NCBI GenBank assembly: GCA_951406725.2
Contig: OX597818.1
Span: forward strand, 105,338,001-105,402,000
Source of the DNA: Octopus vulgaris
Lineage: Eukaryota
Length of the DNA stretch: 64,000 nucleotides
Reading direction: 5' to 3'
The notes beneath the pieces were generated by a model. That model did no database searches. It had not been told where the DNA came from and saw only the letters and a program-made list of their open reading frames with translations. Below, piece after piece: positions 41,664-52,282 of the stretch (position 1 is the first letter of the stretch; every line of letters starts with the position of its first letter). The position numbers were made by a program, and so were the translations under genes.

Positions 41664-42389
41664 CATGTTCACATATCCAAAGAATACAGACGTGAATAAC
41701 GTATTACAGCGCCCCGGGGTTATTCATTGACTAGAGCATATACAAAATTTGTTAACTTAACAAGCCATCGTATTGGCTTCAATACTTAACGTGATGGAAT
41801 AAATATCTCACAAGCCAACGAAGTTGCGCAATCCGCTTGAAAAACTTCCATATCTCTTTCATAACGCATTTGACTACGTGAAGCAACAAAAGATATACAC
41901 TGGATATATTCCTAGATTTATTCACTAGGGATTTTATATGTATAGATAACCAGAGACAGTGAAAGGGTGAAAACATGCAATGGCCGTGGTCGGAATGCTT
42001 CTGGTTATAAATCTGTACGACGAGGAACTAAACTACAGAAGCAGTTACGCAATGTATGTAGATATGTAATAAAACAAAACCTGTCGAAATTCTAGGCCAT
42101 CCCATCACAAGCGCCCGTGACTTAATATTCATTTGTAAGTAACAAATTTTTTCCTCGTTCATTTTTTTTTTATCAATATATAATTCGTATATACTAGCAT
42201 ACCCCTGTCGTCAAAATTATCAACTAAATGATAGAAAATGAGACGTAGGTAAAGCGCATGTATACCACCCATTTCTGTGGGTTTTTTTTTTTTTTTGTTC
42301 AAAACCAATTTGGTCACGTAAAAAAAAAAAAAAAAAAGACAGCCTACTAGGTGTAAAAAAGAACTGTGTAGAAAACTAATATAAAAACA

Positions 42390-43032
42390 AAAATTTGCGC
42401 AATCGAACGGAGTGGGTGCTGAGAGGACTTTCGGAAATTTCACACGATCCGATTTTTCCCTCATAACTTTTAGAAAAATAAATATATATTGATGAAATTT
42501 TATAGAAATACCGTTCAAATGGTACAAATTACGATTATAAAGAAATTTCTGGGGAATATGTTTTCCGAAGGGGTGGGAAGAGGATTTTGGAAAATTCACG
42601 CGATACCTCATAACTTTCAGGGTCTAGTTTAGCGCCCGGTCACCATAGAGCAAAAAGTCTATGTGTAAAATTTACGCAAACGAACCGGTGGGGGGGGGGA
42701 GGACTTTTGGAAAATTCACAAGATCCGATTTTCCCTCATAACTTTCAGGAAAATAGATATATATTGGAAAAAAAAACCCAACACCCTCCCCTCCCAATTC
42801 TACGGTCTTGGCCTCCAAGCAGGCTATCCACATGCTAGAAATAACAGCCAAATCTCAAATGGGCAAGACCATTTTCAGTCCCAGAAACACACGATGTTTT
42901 GCTCTGGTCAAATGATTCTCTTTAATTTCACAATATATATCCATTTTCCCGAAAGTTATGAGGGAAAAATCGGTTCTTGTGAATTTTCCGAAAGTCCTCC
43001 CCCACCCAGATTCGTTTGCGCAATTTTTTTTC
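42390..43032. mobile_element. Non-autonomous element with internal direct and inverted ~110-bp repeats
   Basis: 'gaggacttt.ggaaa.ttcac..gatccgattttccctcataacttt' at ~42422 and ~42700, partial at ~42580, inverted at ~42930-43030. Related motif (ctagtttag..cc.gtcac) inverted at ~49148-49168. Confidence 0.55.
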
Positions 43033-43483
43033 ATATTCGTTTTCTACTCTGTTGTTAACGGGTGAGGATCTTTATATTGACCCTTTTCTTTAATTTTCTT
43101 TTGCAAACCATTTAATTCGCTTGACATCACATTTGCACTATCATAAGTTTGAGCCACAAACTTATGACCAATTTTTAACTCTTCTATTTTATCAAACACA
43201 ATTTTTGACAAACCACTTGCCGTACGATCTGAACTTACGTTTAAAAATCCTAAAAATTCTTTCTGCAATATTACCGTCACTTAAAACATATCTTACAACA
43301 AATGAAAACTGTGCTACAGTTCTAATATCAGTTGCTTCATCTAAAATAATAGCCTCACATGTTGAATCATTAATTTCCGATTTAATCTTATCTAAAAGAA
43401 CTTCGGCTATGCTATTTATTAAATCATTTTGAAATCTGTTTGAAGTGCCAGAAAAAACGCCTGCCTCTTGCAAATGTGATGAT

Positions 43484-43761
43484 TGTGGTGTGTGCACGAT
43501 TTGAATATAAAGGCACCTACCTTCTCTTCCTCGTGACAGAGACCCTCCAGTGGTAACTAGTCCTTCGACACAGCCCCGATCCGAACACTAACAATAGCAG
43601 CTGCTAGCCCAAGCCCTTAGCGACGTCCGCACACGTCTTGTCACCTGCACGACCCACATTGGAAAGGCCCAATTGACCGCTGCCTGCGCATGCCTCACAG
43701 CTGCCCCATCCGGTTGCCCCAGCTTCCGGTCAATGCACCCAGCTGCTAACGTCATCCCACA
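43484..43761 (-). repeat. 3' LTR (278 bp)
   Basis: About 94% identical (hand count) to 47398-47673. Preceded on the minus strand by purine-rich AAGATCAGGGTGGCG (degenerate PPT). Confidence 0.95.
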
Positions 43762-43816
43762 CGCCACCCTGATCTTAAAGATCACAATCTCTCCGCTCCA
43801 TGTCGTAGTCCACCAT

Positions 43817-46649
43817 CTAACCGGGAGAGCGCCTTGCTCGTCGAGATCTTCTCAAGCTCGGCACCTCGTTCTCCCCCTCTCCAGAATCATCGTCTGTCGA
43901 AGTGACAATCCTGCGAAGGTCCAAGATGTGTCGTGGTGTTCCATCTACGGATACGTTGTTTCTGGAATTGACCGCCATCACAGTTCCTCTGTCCATTGAG
44001 ACGTACAGCGCGCCTTTGGTGGCTTGACCCAAACTTCCTCCCCTATTTTCACGCGAATGGGTCCCTTCTCTTCCTCGTGACCCTCCAGCGCTTTGCTCGG
44101 GTGCCTCCATTCATATTTGAACACAGCTCTCTGCGGCACAGATTCCTCAGCTTGTCCGGATCGGGGAGACAAGTTGTACCAAAAAACTGCTTCAAGCGGC
44201 GAAATGTGCCCTCTTTCCGCTATGGCCTTGACTGTCCGATGGTGCCTCTCCACAATCCCGTTACCGCTCGGCCTATATGCTGCTCTGAACAAGCGTCGCA
44301 CATTCCACCAATCAAGCATAACCCTCAATGCTTCCGAACGAAACGCCGCCCCGTTGTCCATCAGTAGTTCTTCCACGGGACCTCTCTCTAAAAATATCCC
44401 GTTCAGGATCTGCGCGATCTCGTCAGCAATGCCCGATCTCAACTCCCTCCAAATGGCCAGCCGGCCCGGCCTGCAGTCGACCATGGAGAGGTACATTCGC
44501 TGACGGTAGTGTGTCACATCCACAGCTAGCCTTTTCCAGTTCTGCTCCACGGAAAGGCTTCCCTGTTCATGCCCACACAGAGCAGGGTCGATGGACTGAC
44601 ACCTGTCGCAGCTCCCGACCACCTTCCGGATGCTTCTCCTAGTGACGTCAGCATCAATTTTCTTCGCCAGATACAGTGTCCTGTCCACACCCAGGTGATG
44701 CATAGCATGCAGTTTCTTCAGTTCAGAGTCATCCAACCGACACGCCGCAGCTATCCCTTTCTGGGCCTCCTCCGGTTCTTCCAACCACGCTCTTTTCACC
44801 CTGGTCAGTACGTCCGCCCTGTTTTTCTCCGAAGGCATGAAAACCACGTTCAGCTTCAGTCCAAACATGGCGATCAATTCACCTAGAATTCCTAGACGGC
44901 ACTTCACTAACATCTCTGCAGCACTTTTCGTCCACACTCTCCTTTCACCGGTGATCACCGATCCTACCCAGCTAAGCACAGTGGCCAAATCCGTCCGGAT
45001 TTCAATCGTGCGCAGCCCCCATTTCAAGGCCAAGTTCACCCCTTTCAGCACCGCGTCTAATTCGGCGACATTGATGTGGTTGAAATCATCTGTTTTCCAA
45101 AGCCAGGCCGCGTCCTCCACCGCAGCACCTTCGATTGCCAACACAACCCCTATCGCTATACTGCTAGCATCACACCAGACGGTCCCACATTCCGTCTTGG
45201 GCATGTACCAGTTCCCCCTGACCGGGTTATCCGCTCTCGTCCTCTCTAGGATTTCCTGCATCATCGCCACCGTCCTTTCTCCCACCTTGTCGCCCCACCT
45301 CTCCCCTTCTGCTTGTATCTTGGTGTAACTACACGCCGTGCGCAGCCATCCAGCGATCGGGTAGTGACCGACCAACTTCCCACACACCGAGAACAGCTCT
45401 CTCCTGCTGACGCTGGAACTCAGCTCTGGGATTTCATTTCCTCTCTGGAACACCAATTCACCCGATCCATCTCTTCACAGCTTCAGCCCCAACGCAGCTC
45501 CCCCTTCAATCGACTCTGGTGGCTTGGCAATCAGTCCGAACTTCTCCAGATGTCTAACTACCTTGTCAGCTGGCACTACAGTTTCGTCCACCAAAATGTC
45601 ATCAATGTAGGAGCTGGTGGCCTTTCTAATCTTGCCGTCTTTCCCTAGGACGGACCTAAGCACTGCCGCCATGATCTTCGGAGCGGAATTCAGCCCGAAA
45701 CCCAGACTGGTTAAACAGTACGTCCGGCCCTTGTACCGCACCAGCTGATATTGCCACAGTCTGTCGCTCACATGGAGCTGCAAGTATGCCGATCTCAAGT
45801 CGACAATCGTCGCTGCCTCGGTCGACTGTCTCCACTTACATAACGCCTCGCCACAAACGTCTGTCGCCTCGCCTCCCGTGTGACACGATATGTGCTGGTT
45901 TAGCTCCCTGAAGTCCAGCACCGGTCTGACTTTTCCCTTCGTAGGCTGCACCACCGCCATCAGGGGTAGCACTCTGCCCACTACCTCCTCCTTCCAAGAG
46001 ACAAGGACCCTTTCATCGATCCACCTCTCCACCTCATCTTCAAACTCGACCCTGGTGTGGCCTTTCAGGGTATGCTGGTAACAGCTCACCCTGTTTTCCA
46101 GCGTCGGGGGCTCGCCTTCCATCGCCACTCTATCGTCCACCGCTGACCATCGAACGCCGCCTGAAAGTCTTTGTCCTCGATGGTGTAAGCGGCGCAGTCC
46201 CTCGCAGGGCTCTGCTCTCTCTGGCGATCCTGACTCGCAGTGCATGACGCCCCCACGCTTCCGAACGTGACCTCATTTCCCACAACACTGACGCCACCGA
46301 GGCAGTTGATGGCGTCCATCCCCATCACCACATCAACTCCATCAACGCGTTCGGCCACAATTGCCTGCAGCCTTAGTGTCGCGTCGCGCACCACTATCTC
46401 TACCTTGCTGCTGCCTCTGCAACGGATTTCGCTGCCGTCGACTGCCCGGACACTACTCACCCCGTTCCATTCCTTCGTCACCCTTGAAGTCACAAGGGTG
46501 GTCGTACAGCCCGTATCCACGAGGGCCTTGAACGTCTTCCCCTCAGCCTCCACGTCAATCAATGGCAGCGTCTCCAATAGCGCCTCTACTCGTTTGCGGG
46601 GAAAGTTCAAGAGGCAGCAACTTCCCCGCGGTCGGTTCCCTGGTCGCAA
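43817..46649 (-). pseudogene. pol: gypsy pol (protease, RT, RNase H, integrase), broken into four ORFs
   Basis: ALVDTGC (PR). VRPVLDFRELN, DLRSAYLQ, FGLNSAP and YIDD (RT). WCDAS and AELDAV (RH). HHCC motif plus D(VTH)-D(NG)-E(RHH) (IN). Confidence 0.9.
46581..46640 (-). promoter_or_regulatory. Gag-pol -1 frameshift signal (degenerate slippery heptamer + H-type pseudoknot)
   Basis: G GGA ACC (canonical G GGA AAC) in the gag/pol overlap. Stem 1 is GCGGGGAAGTT/AACTTTCCCCGC; loop GCCTCT pairs with downstream AGAGGC. Confidence 0.7.
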
Positions 46650-47344
46650 TCACGGGCAATGTGCCCTGTCTGCCTGCATTGATAGCAAACAGGCCCCGGC
46701 TGCGTACAGTCCCGCGCCATGTGCGGTCCCTGGCATCTAAAACACCGTCCTGAGAACATCCGCTCTCGTTGCATGGTAAGCTTCTGTACGTCTTTCTCGG
46801 GACGTCGTCTGTCTTTACGCGCCTCCGTCACCGCTATCGCCTTCTGCCCAGAGTGTCTCGTCAACACGCAAGCCTGAGCCACAAGTTCGCTTAGCGGCAT
46901 CTTTTTAATCCCAGGCAGTCGTTGTAGGTGAATCCCTACATTGTCAGGGAACCCATTCACAAACGCCAGCCGGGCTGCTCTCTCCAGCCCTTCTCCCGCA
47001 AACCCAGCCAGAGTCGCTAACCTTCTAACTTCTGATGCATAGTCATCCGCTTGGCCTCCCGTCCACCTGATTGCACCTAGCTTAGCAAAAGCTGTGTATT
47101 CGCATTCCGTGTAGGCATCCCGCAAGCGTCGCTCTATGTTCTCCTCGCTGAGCCGTTCCTCTTCATCCATCTCTAGGTATAGCGTTAAGGCGCTCCCTTC
47201 TAAATACAGCACCATAAGACTCCACACATCGCTTATACCTTGCAGTCTTGCCACCAGCCTGATTTTGCGAATCCAGGCCACTACATCGCCTTCGCCATTA
47301 AAAGGTCTGACGACATCGCTGGCAATCATAATTTTTGCAGACAT
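46607..47344 (-). CDS. gag: gypsy Gag (245 aa, intact ORF)
   Basis: Two zinc knuckles, CFRCQGPHMARDC and CYQCRQTGHIARDC. Starts ~53 nt downstream of the 5' LTR. Confidence 0.88.
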   Translation of the reverse strand: MSAKIMIASDVVRPFNGEGDVVAWIRKIRLVARLQGISDVWSLMVLYLEGSALTLYLEMDEEERLSEENIERRLRDAYTECEYTAFAKLGAIRWTGGQADDYASEVRRLATLAGFAGEGLERAARLAFVNGFPDNVGIHLQRLPGIKKMPLSELVAQACVLTRHSGQKAIAVTEARKDRRRPEKDVQKLTMQRERMFSGRCFRCQGPHMARDCTQPGPVCYQCRQTGHIARDCDQGTDRGEVAAS

Positions 47345-47385
47345 CGTGGCGATGTATCGTGTTGAAATGTAAATGTTTAAGAACG

Positions 47386-47397
47386 GCCGAAATAGCT
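47386..47397 (-). promoter_or_regulatory. Non-canonical primer-binding site, complementary to tRNA-Phe nt 1-12
   Basis: Element-sense AGCTATTTCGGC abuts the 5' LTR. The + strand GCCGAAATAGCT matches the 5' end of metazoan cytosolic tRNA-Phe(GAA) as I recall it. Confidence 0.7.
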
Positions 47398-47673
47398 TGT
47401 GGTGTGTGCGCGATTTTAATATAAAGGCACCTACCTTCTCTTATGTGACGGAGACCCTCCAGTGGTAACTAGTCCTTCGACACAGCCTCGACCCGAACAC
47501 TAACGATAGCAGCTGCTAGCCCAAGCCCTTAGCGATGTCTGCACATGTCTTGTCACCTGCACAACCCACATTGGAAAGGCCCAATTGATCGCTGCCTGCG
47601 CACGCCTCACAGCTGCCCCTTCTGGTTGCCCCAGCTTCCGGTCAACGCACCCAGCTGCTGACGTCATCCCACA
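47398..47673 (-). repeat. 5' LTR (276 bp)
   Basis: TG...CA termini; paired with 43484-43761. ATTAAA on the element strand near its 3' end. Confidence 0.95.
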
Positions 47674-47905
47674 ATGGTAATAAAGGATCGTATTTTTTAC
47701 AGAGGTTGAGTATTTCTCTGTAATTGCCCTTATTATCAGAATCAGCTGACCTCTGGGTGCTAGTTGTTGTTCACAAACCACATCAATTAATCGTCTTAAG
47801 ATTTCCCTATTTTCATTATGAGTTTCTATATTCTTTTGATGTTGGCTATTTAATAAAAAATCAATACGTGTTTTTCCGAATCTTGTTAAATCAATCACTG
47901 ATATT

Positions 47906-48180
47906 AAAAGCTCCCATGACTTTCGGAAACATTTTTTTACGCTAAGATTTGCTAAAGTATGGAACAAACTGCCGGCATCAGTTGTTAGTTGTCGGAGCAC
48001 TGCATCCTTCAAAACTTCCATGCTTCCTGATTTTCTCCCCTCCATACACACGCAAGCATGTATCTGACTCATACACTGTTCACTTTCCAGACATTTGTAC
48101 ATTACTGCATATGCTTTATACGCACTTTTTGACAAGTTGTGGTGCACTTGAGCACTGTATACAATAGTTTCATTATTATA
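47906..48180 (+). mobile_element. Extreme 3' fragment of a CR1/L2-type LINE inserted in the hAT ORF
   Basis: HDFRKHFFTLRFAKVWNKLPASVVSCRSTASFK, then a short UTR ending in ttcattatta. Confidence 0.7.
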
Positions 48181-49299
48181 AGATAGCTTGTGTCTTTTAA
48201 TGGCTTTTTGCAAATTATTTAAATCAGAAAATCCATATGGATTCCACGTACCGCTTTCGTTGTTATAACAGGTAGGACCAACAGTAAAATTTATTGAAGC
48301 CAGAACAAGCTGTTAACCACTTTGTCTTCTTATATTGCACTTTGCTAAACTTTCGAATTCAATTTTTTGCTTTACTCGTTAAAGAAACATCAGGCATTGG
48401 TCTACCACTTTGAACAGTACATACTTTTTCAGCGTAAGTTCTTGAAGAAAAACATTACTCAACAAACCTTTCAATCATGCAGTTACATTGACTTGATACG
48501 CAATCACTGTTCACTTCCATTTTATATTAAGGGTGTTCTGTAATTTGAAAAAGTATTAGTTGAATAAACGCAGAAAACAACGTGCGTGTTATCTTTTCAC
48601 AGTTTTCCCGAAGGAAGCAGAATGTCAACTTGCTTCCCTTTTCCTATGTGAGATTATAGATATCATAGGTATTGCGAATTGACAGAAACTTAATCTAAAC
48701 GTATAAGTATTATTAGAATTTAAAACTATTCATTATCAGCTCTTACTAGAAAAAAAATTGTCTTTATGGCAATTTCATTAAAAAAATTTTTTAAATATTA
48801 CACCCGAAAAGGATGCAATAGCTCGTGTTGCTTCCCTTGCACAAATTTTGTGTGTGTGTGTGTGGTCTGCCACTACTTGTCATCTCATGCTAATTTCGAC
48901 AATAAAAGTTTGAAGCCCATGATGTCATGTAGTTTATACTAATTTCACTGAACGATCTTATGAAAAATAAGTAATATATATATTTTCAATTTTGTTTCTA
49001 CGATTTTTAAGGGAAGCATTGTTTCCATGGACCGCATCCAGTCACAAAAGTGTAAAAGAACAATAGTGTAATAGGTGCAAAATAATGTGTAGTAAACGAA
49101 TATGAAAAAAACACCTATTCACAGTTTTTTTTTTTTTTACATTTTTGTGACTGGGTCCTAAACTAGAGATTAACCTATACAGAATACGATTTTGCCCAAA
49201 AATTACGTTTTCAAAATTTTAATTTCCTCCACCCCACCCCAGTTTCTTAATTTTTAACTTTTTTCGATTTTTTTAAAAATTCACCATCACAGAGTAGCC

Positions 49300-49961
49300 A
49301 CCGTGTTTCATTGTTGGCTGCAATCTTTTCATGTTAAATTCTTGATCACAAGCCTACAGACCCACACTCGACCACTGTCAGAAATTACAGCATATCTGGA
49401 CTCATGAGAGAATATGACAGTGTCCCAAAATGCTAGTGGCCTCTCCACCATCTCACCGGCCCAATCTTTTCTCCACTTGATATTGGCTGGTTGAAGAAGT
49501 GGCTTCCTTCTTGTTGCTCTGCCATAGTAGCCTAGTTTGTGGAAATACTTCACAGCAGTTCTGGGAATGACATCAACTTGTTCTGCTGTCAGAGGCCTTG
49601 CAATGAGGATTTTCTTCCATACTTCACTTAACAAAGTGAAGGGCCCTGTCAGAGGACCCTGAGGTGAGATGACATGTATTCCTAGGTGAGATGACATGTA
49701 CTCCTTCCCCTTTCTGATGAATTGCACATCATTCTATTAACTGTAGAAAGTGGGATCCCAAGGTTTTCTGAAGTCCACCTTCAGGTTGATCCACAATACA
49801 GCCTCATGGAAATTCAGACAATTTCAAGGCATGATTAAACAGTCACATATAGAACCTGAAGCATAAAAATATCAATAAATAAAAAATATAAACCTTTTCA
49901 AGTTAAGATAAACATAAAACGATGTTTTATGGGGTGTCTATTTTCTTCTGTCATGTCTGTG
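49300..49961 (-). mobile_element. Tc1-like transposon fragment
   Basis: GYYGRATRRKPLL...FWDTVIFSHESRY (normally SDES). TIR-like TA|CACAGACATGACAGAAGAAAATAGACACC at ~49930-49961. Confidence 0.75.
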
Positions 49962-52226
49962 TATATGTATGGAGCACATGGAGCTTTTTAGCCATGGTAA
50001 GGGCAACTTATCTAGGAGAAGGAAAGCTCTGATATAAAACCAGTTTTGTGGTTGCTGATTTCCCCTTAGTTGATGTGCACTATCAGCATCTACTTACTCA
50101 TAGGGCAGTCTGGGCTCTGTGGCTTTTGAGCAACCAGACTAGGAGAAGGTCATTCTGATCTCAAATCTACGATCAATTTAGCATCTGACACATGGCACAC
50201 TGTGCACCAGTACAGGTAAATGCTTTTTTTCTTTATGGAGAGAGTGCTCATTGTATTGCACAAGCAATGACCACTATAAACAAAACCATGTGCAGGTAGC
50301 TCAGTAAAATGCTGTCAGCAAATACCACCATCGTGTTTTGATAGTGAGAGTGTACCCTACTCCCCACTAAACAAAAAACCTATGACAATGAAAGGGATAG
50401 CAATGGGAACAGGTGAAGGATGTCACTGGAAGTTCTTCGCTTGAACTTTGCACATAGATGATGAAAGATGGCTGCTTTACACAACATCTGCAGGTAATTG
50501 TGTAATTTGTGTCCTTTCACAACAAAGCAACCCTGTTTAGGATAACACTGCTTTCCTCCTATGGAGGAGGGGGTCAAGAAAATGTGACCCAAAAATTGTT
50601 TACTCACATTGCTCCTTGTCATTAGGTGCAAATGACTGGACACCCAAACCTGCACCAGAAAATTAAGCAAATTGAAAACAGAAAACTTCTTTATTGCAAC
50701 TTGAAATGTAAGAACTCTTCAGGACTGTAAGAAAAATATAGAACATAGGACCACTTTGGTTGCCCATGTTTTGAAGGAAAAAAACATCAAAGTAGAAGTT
50801 CTCAAAGCTATGAGAGAATTCAGATTTATTAATGATCTGTAGGGACACTGTAATTCGTTGAGTTTGTGGCTGATTAATGGGTTGGATGGGTGCTGATGAA
50901 GGAGCAAAAACTGAAATATGTAATATATGCCTATTACTGATTTTTCATCTTTGATCTCATTGTTGTTTACATCAGGTGTCTCACATATGAAAACATCACA
51001 ACAAAATCAGTGCTGGCTGTGATTTCTATAAAAAATCTGTAGAGATAACCTTGAAGATGTTCAAAACAATGGGAATAAATATGCTTCACATTTGACAGAG
51101 TAATCTGAATGCTAAAGGGTTAAACAGACAGCATTTAGGGCAAATAGAAACATAATTTTCAACATCATTACAATATTCAGGCCACCATACTTCTGGCCAC
51201 TGTATATATTTCTAGTGACTATAGTACCAAAATGTACAGCTTTTATGAAAATTTGTCACAATACCAAATGAACAACAATGTTCCTATTGCAAATAATCAT
51301 TGTCAACTGTCAGTGAGTCCTGTGTTTAATTGCTTCATAGGGTCTTTCAAGCAATTATTTCAAGCAATTATTCCATCTATTCACCTGATTAAGAACCTTA
51401 GACAAAACTGTACTTCAGTGTAACTTAATGAAGATCATTGAGTTGACTTTGTTGACCCCAATGCTGAAGACATTGCTTGACTCCTTGTTGCTGCTTGAAT
51501 CAGCATCAATTTCATGTACTTTCTCAAATTGTTACCCTGAAGACCAGCAGACAAATGTAACATCAAAAGCAGGAGACTTATCCATATTATGGGTATAATC
51601 ATGTGACCTTTTCTGACATGCATCCGCTGCCAGGTTGGGTGGTGCTTGATGCCATGGAATAAAATAAACAAAGTTTAGATCAGTTCAAAAATGTTTGAGG
51701 CATAATTAGCCTGTAAGACAGCATTTTCACTGTGATTTGCCATGAGGAGAAATTTTTGCTTTAGGCAGCCCCCCATATATCTTGTTCCAAACTGGCAGCA
51801 GATGCATGAGGTAATATCTGCAGATTTTTAAAAGAAAGTGAAGTCTTCCAATCATTTTGGAGTTGGCTTGCTGGGTATCTTATACTGAAGACAGCTAAGA
51901 AGATAGAAATGCATCCATAGGGTTCACTCTGAACTGACTTTGGTGTTTCTAACACCTTTTACCAAAAGTGAGAATTTTTTTCCATGGCAAACCGTATTGA
52001 AAATGCCCATTTCTCAAACATATGTGAACTGATCTAAACTTTGTTTATTTTACATCAAGGCTTCAAGCAACACCCATATATAATAAACAATAAGTCAACT
52101 GAGATTTAAACTAAGCAGTGAAAAGCAGAGCTATAAAGCCAACTGGTGAAAGTGAAGGACATATTTAAGTGTTATTAGACCTCCATAGTAAAGCATATTC
52201 TACTCAGTTAACAAGAATAAGTGTAA

Positions 52227-52282
<56 letters not shown>

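Larger units (their letters stand above)
43484..47673 (-). mobile_element. Complete Ty3/gypsy LTR retrotransposon (4190 bp) with a few disabling lesions
   Basis: Two LTRs with TGTGG...CCACA ends. 5-bp TSD ATGAT/ATGGT (one mismatch). Domain order gag-PR-RT-RH-IN. Confidence 0.95.
43075..48520 (-). pseudogene. hAT (ZMYM1-like) transposase pseudogene, interrupted by a gypsy element and a LINE tail
   Basis: 5' part 47674-48520 (ENREILRRLIDVV...LAPRG; candidate ATG at 48520) resumes at 43483 (SGTSNRFQNDLINSIAE..IILDEATD..QFSFVVRYV..FLGF..AQTYDSANVMS..NGLQ). Confidence 0.8.

Noticed and set aside
47500-48213. 237-aa ORF as a novel gene
   Set aside because: It is a chimeric read-through of hAT remnants, an antisense LINE tail and the LTR.
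51400-52000. Possible decayed transposase on the minus strand
   Set aside because: Only vague similarity; no motif I can support.
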